From positions 57,570-121,569 of the forward strand of contig CALWQM010000015.1 in the NCBI GenBank assembly GCA_944383685.1: DNA of 64,000 nucleotides. Reading direction: 5' to 3'. Under the pieces are notes generated by a model, which was not told the origin of the DNA, did no database searches, and worked only from the letters and a program-made list of their open reading frames with translations. Position 1 is the first letter of the stretch. Every line of letters begins with the position of its first letter. Shown one piece after another: positions 28,382-36,179 of the stretch. Both the position numbers and the translations under genes were made by a program. The DNA comes from an uncultured Clostridia bacterium. GTDB lineage: Bacteria; Bacillota; Clostridia; Christensenellales; UBA1242.

Positions 28382-29686
28382 ATGAACTATACACCAAAAC
28401 AAATTGTCAGCGAACTTGATAAATATATTGTGGGACAAGCAAAGGCAAAAAGGGCGGTTGCTGTTGCATTAAGAAATCGTTATCGCCGTTCTCATTTGCC
28501 AGAAGAAATAAGAGATGAAATAACACCAAAAAACATCATCATGAGTGGGCCAACAGGTGTTGGTAAAACAGAGATTGCAAGACGTCTTGCTAAACTTGTG
28601 GGCGCACCTTTTGTTAAAGTTGAAGCGACCAAATACACCGAAGTTGGATATGTTGGCCGTGATGTTGAAAGCATGGTAAGAGATTTGGTTGAAGTTGCTG
28701 TTAGAATGGTTAAGGATAAAAAGAAAAAAGATGTTGAAGATAAGGTTATGCCAATTGTTGAACAAAAACTTATTGATGCACTTTTCCAAAATAGACGTGT
28801 CACAACTTTGGAAGTTAAAAGAGAAGATTTGGAAAATGAACTTCACAGCAATAAATTTGAAGATGAAATTATTGAAGTTTCCGTGCTTGACAGCCCAAAA
28901 CCAATTATGGCATTTGGAAGTGGTGAAATCAATTTGGGCTCTATGTTCGACAGCCTTCAACCACCAAAGCACAAAAAGAAGAAGATGAGTGTGCGTCATG
29001 CCAGAGACCTCTTACTTCAAGAAGAAACAGAAAAAATCATTGATATGGATAATGTCAATGAAGAAGCCATTTCACTTGCAGAAGAACAAGGTATTATTTT
29101 CATTGATGAAATCGATAAAATTATTGGAAAAAGCCAAGCAACAAGCAGTGCTGACGTTTCAAGAGAGGGGGTTCAAAGAGATATTCTTCCAATTGTTGAA
29201 GGAAGCACTGTGCCAACCAAATATGGCAATGTTAAAACAGATTTCATTCTTTTCATCGCAGCAGGGGCTTTCCATTTGGCTAAAATGGAAGATATGATTC
29301 CAGAACTTCAAGGTCGTTTTCCAATTAGAGTCAGCCTTGAAAGTTTAACTCAAAAAGACTTCAAGCAAATATTAACAGCACCAAAAAATGCGGTAACCTT
29401 GCAATATGCCAACCTTTTGAAGGTTGATAATATTGACCTAAAATTCACTGATGATGCACTTGACGAAATTGCCACAATTGCTGCAAATGAAAACGAAATT
29501 GAAGATTTGGGAGCAAGACGTCTTCACACAATTATGGAATTGCTTTTGGAAGATATTTCTTTCAATGCAACTGGGGAACATCCAATGACAACAGTTGAGA
29601 TTGACAGAACTTATGTTCAAAAAGCTTATAAAGATAAAAGTAAGCGTGCTACCGAAAAAATTAAAATGGGCTTTAGGGCTTCTTAA
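28382..29686 (+). CDS. hslU: HslU (ClpY) AAA+ ATPase, without an adjacent hslV
   Basis: ATG at 28382 follows a [57 protein letters not shown] and [10 protein letters not shown] motifs. Confidence 0.85.
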   Translation: MNYTPKQIVSELDKYIVGQAKAKRAVAVALRNRYRRSHLPEEIRDEITPKNIIMSGPTGVGKTEIARRLAKLVGAPFVKVEATKYTEVGYVGRDVESMVRDLVEVAVRMVKDKKKKDVEDKVMPIVEQKLIDALFQNRRVTTLEVKREDLENELHSNKFEDEIIEVSVLDSPKPIMAFGSGEINLGSMFDSLQPPKHKKKKMSVRHARDLLLQEETEKIIDMDNVNEEAISLAEEQGIIFIDEIDKIIGKSQATSSADVSREGVQRDILPIVEGSTVPTKYGNVKTDFILFIAAGAFHLAKMEDMIPELQGRFPIRVSLESLTQKDFKQILTAPKNAVTLQYANLLKVDNIDLKFTDDALDEIATIAANENEIEDLGARRLHTIMELLLEDISFNATGEHPMTTVEIDRTYVQKAYKDKSKRATEKIKMGFRAS

Positions 29687-29711
29687 TTTTTGCCAAACAA
29701 CAAAGTGTATA

Positions 29712-29725
29712 AATTTTAGCAAATT
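29712..29725. repeat. TAGC-centred palindromic motif, copy 4 (variant arms)
   Basis: AATTT-TAGC-AAATT lies between the hslU stop and the tcdA start. Confidence 0.3.
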
Positions 29726-29740
29726 AAATGTGAGGATTTG

Positions 29741-30427
29741 ATGTGGTCAGCAAGAACTGAATTGCTTATTGGTAAAGATAATTGTGAAAAATTGACAAAA
29801 GCACATGTAACTGTGGTTGGCGTAGGTGGTGTAGGCGGCTATGTTGCAGTTCTTTTGGCAAGGGCAGGGATTGGCAATTTAACATTAATAGATTTTGACA
29901 GAGTTGATGAAACAAACATAAATCGTCAAATTGTGGCAAGTCAAAGCACCATTGGAAAATTAAAAACAGAAGTTCTTAAAGTGATGATAAAATCAATTAA
30001 TCCTGGTTGCAACATAACCATATTTAGCGAAAGATTGACAGAAACAAATATAAAAGACATGATACAAAGCGAAGATAATTATGTTGTAGATTGCATTGAC
30101 AGTGTCAAAGATAAAGTTGCACTTTGCTCATATTGCTATTTTAATAAAATTAAAATCGTCTCAGCTATGGGTGCAGGAAACAGGTTCGATATTCCAAATT
30201 TCTATGTAACTGACGTATTTAAAACAAGTAATGATGGACTTGCAAAAGTTATGAGAAAAGCCTTAAAAGAAAAAGGTGTGAAAAATTTAGATGTTGTAAC
30301 ATCAAAAAGTGTTGCAGTTAAAACAAACACAAAAGAGATTGGAAGCATTTCTTATTATCCTTGTGCTTCTGCTTGTGTAATAAGTGCCTTTGTTGTCAAT
30401 AATCTAATTAATGATAAAACTAATTAA
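29741..30427 (+). CDS. tcdA: ThiF/MoeB-family E1-like enzyme, probable tRNA threonylcarbamoyladenosine dehydratase
   Basis: VTVVGVGGVGGYVAVLLARAGIGNLTLIDFDRVDETNINRQ and an overall size of ~229 aa fit TcdA/CsdL. Confidence 0.65.
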   Translation: MWSARTELLIGKDNCEKLTKAHVTVVGVGGVGGYVAVLLARAGIGNLTLIDFDRVDETNINRQIVASQSTIGKLKTEVLKVMIKSINPGCNITIFSERLTETNIKDMIQSEDNYVVDCIDSVKDKVALCSYCYFNKIKIVSAMGAGNRFDIPNFYVTDVFKTSNDGLAKVMRKALKEKGVKNLDVVTSKSVAVKTNTKEIGSISYYPCASACVISAFVVNNLINDKTN

Positions 30428-30445
30428 CATATCTAGGAGGAAAAT

Positions 30446-30754
30446 ATGGAAATTATTAACGAAAAAAACTTTAATGAAAAAATAAGTAAAGGGGTGGTTG
30501 TTGTTGACTTTTTTGCAAATTGGTGTGGACCATGCAGAATGATGGCTCCAATTCTTGAAGATGTTGCAAAGGAACTTGGCGAGAAAGTTAATGTCTATAA
30601 AGTTGATGTGGACGAAAGTGAAAACTTAGCAAGAAAATATGGAATCATGAGTATTCCTTCCATTTTCATCTTTAAAAATGGCGAAGTGGTAGATAAAACT
30701 GTTGGTCTTATGATGAAAGATGTTATGGTGGACAGAATAAAAAAGTTCTTATAA
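30446..30754 (+). CDS. trxA: Thioredoxin
   Basis: 102 aa with a WCGPC active site and an AGGAGG SD. Confidence 0.9.
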   Translation: MEIINEKNFNEKISKGVVVVDFFANWCGPCRMMAPILEDVAKELGEKVNVYKVDVDESENLARKYGIMSIPSIFIFKNGEVVDKTVGLMMKDVMVDRIKKFL

Positions 30755-30835
30755 ATTTCAATAGTTGAAAGCAAAATTAATAAAGATTATTTTTATAATT
30801 TTAATAATTTCAAATTGCTTTTCATGATTTAGGTA

Positions 30836-30864
30836 TTGACATTTAAGCTTTCTAGTGTTAAAAT
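30836..30864 (+). promoter_or_regulatory. Promoter of nifS-nifU
   Basis: TTGACA (30836..30841), 17-nt spacer, TGtTAAAAT (30856..30864). Confidence 0.6.
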
Positions 30865-30904
30865 TTAATTGAAAGATTAAAATAATCTATTAAAAGAGGA
30901 TAAA

Positions 30905-32077
30905 ATGGATAGAAAAATTTATTTAGATAATGCCTCAACAACTTATGTTTCATCAGAGGTTTTAAATGAAATGATGCCATGCTTTAATGCTCTTTATGGC
31001 AATGCTGGCTCATTACATAGCTTTGGAAGGTCTGCAATGGCAATAATTGACAAAGCACGTGACAGAGTTAAAGAGGGGATAAATGCAGCAAAAGCAACTG
31101 AAATTTATTTCACAAGCGGTGGAACAGAAGCTGATAATATGGCAATTTTGGGTGTTGCACATGCTTATTCAAACAAAGGTAAGCACATCATCACAAGCCA
31201 AATTGAACATCATGCAGTTTTAAATGCTTGCAAGGAACTTGAAAAAGAAGGCTTTGAAGTTACTTATCTTCCTGTTGACCAACATGGTCTTGTAAGTTTA
31301 CCAGACTTACTTGACGCAATAAGAAAAGATACCATTCTTATTTCAATTATGGCTGTTAACAACGAAGTTGGAACAATTCAAAACATCAAAACAATAGCTA
31401 AAATTGCTCATGATTATGACATAATTTTCCACACAGATGCAGTGCAAGCGATTGGTCAAATTAAAATCGATGTTCAAGACATGGAAATTGATTTGATGTC
31501 AATTTCAGCACATAAAATCCATGGCCCAAAAGGGGTGGGGGCTTTATATGTTAAATCTGGAATAAGATTTGACCCAATCACATTTGGAGGAAATCAAGAA
31601 AGAGGCAAACGTTCTGGCACTGAAAACGTTCCTGGAATAGCCGGGCTTGGAAAAGCAGTTGAAATTGCAACAAAAAATTATTTGATAACAAACAAGAAAC
31701 TTAAAAACATAAGAGATTATTTTCTTGATAAATTGGCTGAAAATGTTGAATATTACCAAATTAATGGCCATATGCATCAAAAATCAAATGCAATTCTCAA
31801 CATTTCATTCTATGGAATTGAAGGTGAATCACTTTTGATGCTTCTTGATTTAGCCGGCATTTGTGTTTCAACTGGTTCTGCATGCACTTCAAAAGTTTTA
31901 GAACCTTCACATGTTCTTAAAGCAATGAAAATACCTGATGACATAGCACAAGGTTCAATTAGATTTTCTTTTGGGACCAACATAAGTAAGGCAGATGTTG
32001 ATTATGTTGTTGAAGAACTTGCAAAAGCTGTAAATAAACTTAGAGCAATTTCACCAATTCAAGCAGGGAGGATTTAA
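30905..32077 (+). CDS. nifS: Cysteine desulfurase (NifS/IscS type)
   Basis: 390 aa with a SAHKIHGPKGVGALY PLP-Lys context and a GSACTS active-site Cys loop. Confidence 0.9.
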   Translation: MDRKIYLDNASTTYVSSEVLNEMMPCFNALYGNAGSLHSFGRSAMAIIDKARDRVKEGINAAKATEIYFTSGGTEADNMAILGVAHAYSNKGKHIITSQIEHHAVLNACKELEKEGFEVTYLPVDQHGLVSLPDLLDAIRKDTILISIMAVNNEVGTIQNIKTIAKIAHDYDIIFHTDAVQAIGQIKIDVQDMEIDLMSISAHKIHGPKGVGALYVKSGIRFDPITFGGNQERGKRSGTENVPGIAGLGKAVEIATKNYLITNKKLKNIRDYFLDKLAENVEYYQINGHMHQKSNAILNISFYGIEGESLLMLLDLAGICVSTGSACTSKVLEPSHVLKAMKIPDDIAQGSIRFSFGTNISKADVDYVVEELAKAVNKLRAISPIQAGRI

Positions 32078-32079
32078 TT

Positions 32080-32502
32080 ATGTATAATAGATTTATTATG
32101 GAAAGATTTCAAAATCCAAAAAATGCTGGGGGAATGCATGGAGCAAATGCAATTGGTGAAGTTAAAAACGATGGTTGCACAGATATAACAAGATTATATC
32201 TTAAAATTGATGACAATAATATGATTGAAAATGCAAGATTTAAAACCTTTGGCTGTATTACATCAATTGTATCTGCTGATGTGACATGTGACTTAGTTAA
32301 AGGAAAATCTATTGATGATATTTTGAAAATCACAAATTTAGATATTTTGAAGATTATGGGAGAAATTCCAGAAAATAAAATCAAATGTTCTATTATGGCA
32401 GAAGAATCAATTCGTGCTGCAATTGAAGACTTTTATAAACGCAGAGAAAAAGAAGCTAAAAAAGCGCTTAAAGCATCAAAATATAATGTTGAAGAAGAAT
32501 AA
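32080..32502 (+). CDS. nifU: Fe-S cluster assembly scaffold (NifU N-terminal/IscU type)
   Basis: 140 aa with three conserved Cys contexts: GCTD, FGCITS and KCSIMAEESI. Confidence 0.85.
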   Translation: MYNRFIMERFQNPKNAGGMHGANAIGEVKNDGCTDITRLYLKIDDNNMIENARFKTFGCITSIVSADVTCDLVKGKSIDDILKITNLDILKIMGEIPENKIKCSIMAEESIRAAIEDFYKRREKEAKKALKASKYNVEEE

Positions 32503-32556
32503 TAAAAAAAGTTATTTTTTGCCATAAAAATAATTTGATAAAATATTAAATAATTA

Positions 32557-32592
32557 AAAAAGCACATAAACCAATACTATGTGCTTTTTTAT
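32557..32592 (+). terminator. Intrinsic terminator after nifU
   Basis: AAAAGCACATA / TATGTGCTTTT stem, 9-nt loop, T-run. Confidence 0.7.
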
Positions 32593-32963
32593 ATTTCAAA
32601 TTTTTTGGGGTGGTAGTTTACTTAAAAATTTTCATACATAAAATTATTAATTATGTAATTTATACTGGCTGGTGGTATGGTTTAATTTTATATAATAAAT
32701 TTTGTTCTAAAATGCGTTCACATACACGGAATAATTAAACTTTTAAAATTTTCCTTGAATTTAACATTATTATACAAAGATGAAAATTTCATAGTAGTAT
32801 GCATAAATATACATAAATTTAGACTCAAATATTTTTTAAATTTAGTTAAATCTTGTTTTAAACTTACAGAAAGAATAAATAAAATGTTTATAAAAATTAT
32901 GTCAATCACATTAATAAAAAAGTTAGAAGAAAACATCAATAATATTTAATTATTATGAGCTAA

Positions 32964-33125
32964 GGTATTATGCGCATAATACCACAATATTTTGTTTAAA
33001 ATTATGTGATAATACACCATATTTTGAATATCTATTCGCAAAACCTGTCTTTTGCGAATAGATTGTAAACCACTTTTAATCATAATCACCCAATTTTTTA
33101 CATAAATAAGCCCACATTTTTTATT
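32964..33125. repeat. Repeat array flanking the candidate dif
   Basis: Perfect 20-bp palindrome GGTATTATGCGCATAATACC (32964..32983). Four same-orientation ~20-bp units, consensus roughly CATAATACCACAATATTTT: 32972..32993, 33006..33025, 33079..33099, 33100..33122. Confidence 0.5.
33030..33063. other. Candidate chromosome dimer resolution site (dif-like 14-6-14 perfect palindrome)
   Basis: ATCTATTCGCAAAA CCTGTC TTTTGCGAATAGAT. It is 530 and 330 nt from the nearest gene ends, has no flanking U-tract, and sits in the convergent strand-switch gap. Confidence 0.5.
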
Positions 33126-33377
33126 TAGTTTTAGAGCAAATTTAACCAAAAATCACATGACTTTTGAAGAATTTTTTCTTAATTTACCCTATAAAAATTT
33201 CGTATAAAAGCAGCAATTTTTATTTAAAATTTATTGCATAAAATTTACAAAATATAAATAATTATAAATTTATATTTGATCGCCCACTAAATTTGATTGT
33301 AAAATGACATGACATCTAGCCCACCCTGCACCCCATTTTTTAAAAAGGAGGTATTTATCCTAGAATTTAAATAAAAG

Positions 33378-33405
33378 AAAGATAAGTCTTTACTTATCTT
33401 TTTTT
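33378..33405. terminator. Bidirectional terminator at the IMPase gene stop
   Basis: AAAGATAAGT / ACTTATCTTT stem with T-runs on both strands. The stop codon lies in the loop. Confidence 0.55.
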
Positions 33406-34184
33406 GTCAATCCAAGATACTCATCTAACTCTGGACTAAATGAATAAAATCTTTCAAAATCTTCATTGTCAAAGTTATAATATTTTGCTCCTGCTTCTTT
33501 AACTAAAAGGTCGCCTGGCATATAGTCCCATTTGGTTCGTGCTGGTTCAATAAGAAAATCTATTGTTCCATTTGCAAGTAATGTGTAAACAACTCCGGAC
33601 GAATCTATTTTAAATTGCTTAGGAGAAACATAACATTGTTTTTCATATTCATATAATTTTTCATTTATATTTCTTATTTTTTCTGTCCATCTTGAAGGAC
33701 AACTGTTTATGCAATAGAAGGAAGAAGTAAGTTTAATGTCACATTTTCTTTTCAAGCACTTACCATTAAGATATGCACCATGCCCTAACACAGCCACATA
33801 CATAGAATTGTTGAGTTTTGGTTGATATATAACACTTAATTGCGTTTTCCCCTCGTCGTAAAAAGCAACTTGGATGCTATAAAAGAGTGCATTTCTTATA
33901 AAAAATGAAGTTCCATCTATTGGGTCAATTATCCAAGTTCTATTTGTTAAATCTGTCTTAGAACTTGTTTCTTCTGTAAGAAAGTTATCCCATGGAAACT
34001 GCTCTTTGATGCAAGAAATTATGTATTTTTCAGTGTTAACATCAATATTCGTCACCAAAGATTTGTCTGCTTTAATTTTAACATCTTTATGTTGATTTAA
34101 AATACATTTCTTATAAGCTTCTTTTAAAGTTTTCTGTAATAAATCTAATTCTTTTTTATATTTATAATTTTTATCTACAATCAT
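33390..34184 (-). CDS. Inositol monophosphatase family protein
   Basis: FLTEET, WIIDPIDGT and KWDYMPGDLLVKEAG motifs. Confidence 0.8.
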   Translation of the reverse strand: MIVDKNYKYKKELDLLQKTLKEAYKKCILNQHKDVKIKADKSLVTNIDVNTEKYIISCIKEQFPWDNFLTEETSSKTDLTNRTWIIDPIDGTSFFIRNALFYSIQVAFYDEGKTQLSVIYQPKLNNSMYVAVLGHGAYLNGKCLKRKCDIKLTSSFYCINSCPSRWTEKIRNINEKLYEYEKQCYVSPKQFKIDSSGVVYTLLANGTIDFLIEPARTKWDYMPGDLLVKEAGAKYYNFDNEDFERFYSFSPELDEYLGLTKKDK

Positions 34185-35089
34185 TTCTTTTTCCTTGATT
34201 TGTTTAATTTTTGAATAAATTTTTGTAATTCATTTTTTGTTGGCATTCCTTTTTGTGCTGACTTAATTTGAATCTTATAAGCAGAAGCATATTGTGCATT
34301 TTTTACAGCATCCTCAAAAGCATCGCCATTTGCTAAGTTTGCCACAAAATTACCACAAAAGGTGTCCCCTGCGCCTGTTGTGTCAACAACATTTTTAATT
34401 TTAACAGCATCAACACATATATTTTTAACACCATCATTAAAAATTAAACCTTTTTGTCCCAGAGTTGTGATAAGTTTATTAGGATATTTTTTAACTATTT
34501 CTTCAATATTATCACTGTTAAACACGATTTTTGTTTCTTTTTCATTTGCACAAATATATGATACCTTATCTATAAGTGCAATATTCTTATTGTCCTTAAT
34601 AGAAATTAAATCTGGTTTTGTTGGGGTTAAAATGGTCTTTATTTTATTTTCATAACAGAACTCTATTAAATTTTTAGTAAAATCATAAGAGGTTTTATTT
34701 TGCATAACAACATATTTTGATGATAAAATTACATTTTTAAACTCGTCTATTAAGTTTTTATCAAATAGTGTGATAATTTTTCCAACTCTTTCAATAGAAT
34801 TATCGCCTTTCGTTATTGTAATTTTCGCCAAGTCATTAACTTCATTTTGAGCAATTTTAGCAAAAACTTCAACATTGTTTTTACTGAAATTATCTTTGAC
34901 TAACTCACAATATTTGTCATCACCAAGGATGGTAACGATGCAAGTTTTTGCCCCAGCACGTGCAGCATCAACCGCCTGGTTTGCTCCTTTTCCACCAAAA
35001 TCTATCTCTGTTTTGTTCATGTTGGTGTCATAACAAGTCATATCAATGCTGCAACCACCAACCACACATACATCATACTTTTTCTTCAT
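34181..35089 (-). CDS. rbsK: Ribokinase/PfkB-family sugar kinase
   Basis: GGKGANQAV and DTTGAGDTF signatures; 4-nt overlap with the downstream IMPase gene. Confidence 0.75.
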   Translation of the reverse strand: MKKKYDVCVVGGCSIDMTCYDTNMNKTEIDFGGKGANQAVDAARAGAKTCIVTILGDDKYCELVKDNFSKNNVEVFAKIAQNEVNDLAKITITKGDNSIERVGKIITLFDKNLIDEFKNVILSSKYVVMQNKTSYDFTKNLIEFCYENKIKTILTPTKPDLISIKDNKNIALIDKVSYICANEKETKIVFNSDNIEEIVKKYPNKLITTLGQKGLIFNDGVKNICVDAVKIKNVVDTTGAGDTFCGNFVANLANGDAFEDAVKNAQYASAYKIQIKSAQKGMPTKNELQKFIQKLNKSRKKK

Positions 35090-35190
35090 GCTTTCACCTC
35101 AAATAGAAGATTTTCGATTGTTGAGAAAATAGTTTTATCTACTCATCAAATTTTTCATTTAACTTTGCAAAAATTTCTTATAAATTTCAT

Positions 35191-35571
35191 TTACACAAAC
35201 ATTGCAATTATAAAAAGTAAAGCCAATCCAAAGCAGAACACTATCTTACATATATTAATGATTTTATCTTTAAGAACTCTTTTTTTAAATTGTTTATTAT
35301 AAACAACCAAGTTGTCATCAAATTCTTGTGATGTTATGTTTTTTGTGTTGACCATTTCTGCTTTAAAATATTTAAAATCCTCTTTCAATTGCTCTTTAAA
35401 ATCTGTTACATAAAAATAAATTAAATGCCCTGCCCAGGACAAAGCTAAAAGGGTAAGCAAACTTAAAACGAAATAAGAAAACCCACCCCAAACTTCAATG
35501 AGCAAGGCAAATATAATACAAAGAACAATTATGCATGCACTAATTACATAGATAATATTGTTTTTTTTCAT
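35191..35571 (-). CDS. Hypothetical small membrane protein (3 TM)
   Basis: 126-aa ORF with two N-terminal and one C-terminal hydrophobic segments and a weak AAAGGAAA SD. No recognisable family. Confidence 0.5.
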   Translation of the reverse strand: MKKNNIIYVISACIIVLCIIFALLIEVWGGFSYFVLSLLTLLALSWAGHLIYFYVTDFKEQLKEDFKYFKAEMVNTKNITSQEFDDNLVVYNKQFKKRVLKDKIINICKIVFCFGLALLFIIAMFV

Positions 35572-35634
35572 GAAATTTCCTTTTGTGTCTTCATAAATAA
35601 TCTTATAAAAATTAAAGTAAACATATAAATTACA

Positions 35635-36141
35635 TTATAAATTGACAACTGAAAAGATGTAAAAGATTACAAGGATAACTGTTGCAACAACCCAACCAAC
35701 AAGCCACCAAACACTTCCACGTTTCATTGTGAAATAGAAGCTGAGCCAAATGCAGACAATGTATGCTAAAACTTCCCCTATACCTTGCATATAGACCATG
35801 ATGCTTGGGTTTGCAGTTTTGAAGATTAATCTCAAAATCATGGCAATAGCAATTAAGATTATTGCAAAATATGCAAAGCATTGTAAGATTCTGTTTGGTC
35901 CCCATTTAACAACTTTTTGACCATTTTCTCCATTTGACTGAGCTTTATTTTCTTTGGTCTTTTTCTTAAACAAAGATTTTTTTTCTTTTTTATTGTCTGT
36001 CTCAACAGATTCTACATTTTCATTAACACTATCTTCTGTTTTAATGATGCTTGTGTCATCAATGTTATCTTCACTGTTTGTTTTTTGTGAGATAACAATT
36101 TCTTCATTATTTTGACCTGTTTTCTTTTTCAACTTAAACAT
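35635..36141 (-). CDS. Hypothetical membrane protein with charged N-terminal region
   Basis: ATG at 36141 follows a GAGGTGG SD. About 85 aa are acidic/Lys-rich, then come 3-4 hydrophobic helices. No recognisable family. Confidence 0.5.
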   Translation of the reverse strand: MFKLKKKTGQNNEEIVISQKTNSEDNIDDTSIIKTEDSVNENVESVETDNKKEKKSLFKKKTKENKAQSNGENGQKVVKWGPNRILQCFAYFAIILIAIAMILRLIFKTANPSIMVYMQGIGEVLAYIVCIWLSFYFTMKRGSVWWLVGWVVATVILVIFYIFSVVNL

Positions 36142-36179
36142 AATCCACCTCAATAATTTATATGCTTAAAGTTTATTTA

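Noticed and set aside
28469-28999. Long antisense or alternative-frame ORFs within conserved genes. Examples: 28469..28999 in hslU, 36269..36721 in rny, 1927..2343 in proS, 44005..44553 and 47212..47574 in the giant gene, and 49208..49621 in recN.
   Set aside because: These are shadow ORFs opposite or out of frame with strongly supported genes. They have no SDs and no family resemblance.
32631-32661. Canonical XerCD-type dif: CATACATAA...TTATGTAATTT resembles the Bacillus XerD arm TTATGTAAACT.
   Set aside because: The CATAA and TTATG inner arms are 9 nt apart instead of 6, and the left arm does not match known XerC arms. Such strings are expected by chance in AT-rich DNA.
32718-33149. Track ORFs 32718..32939 (-), 32755..32949 (+) and 32946..33149 (-) in the gene-free gap.
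   Set aside because: They have no SD and low-complexity, AT-driven composition, and they overlap each other. One reads straight through the 34-bp palindrome. They are treated as non-coding.
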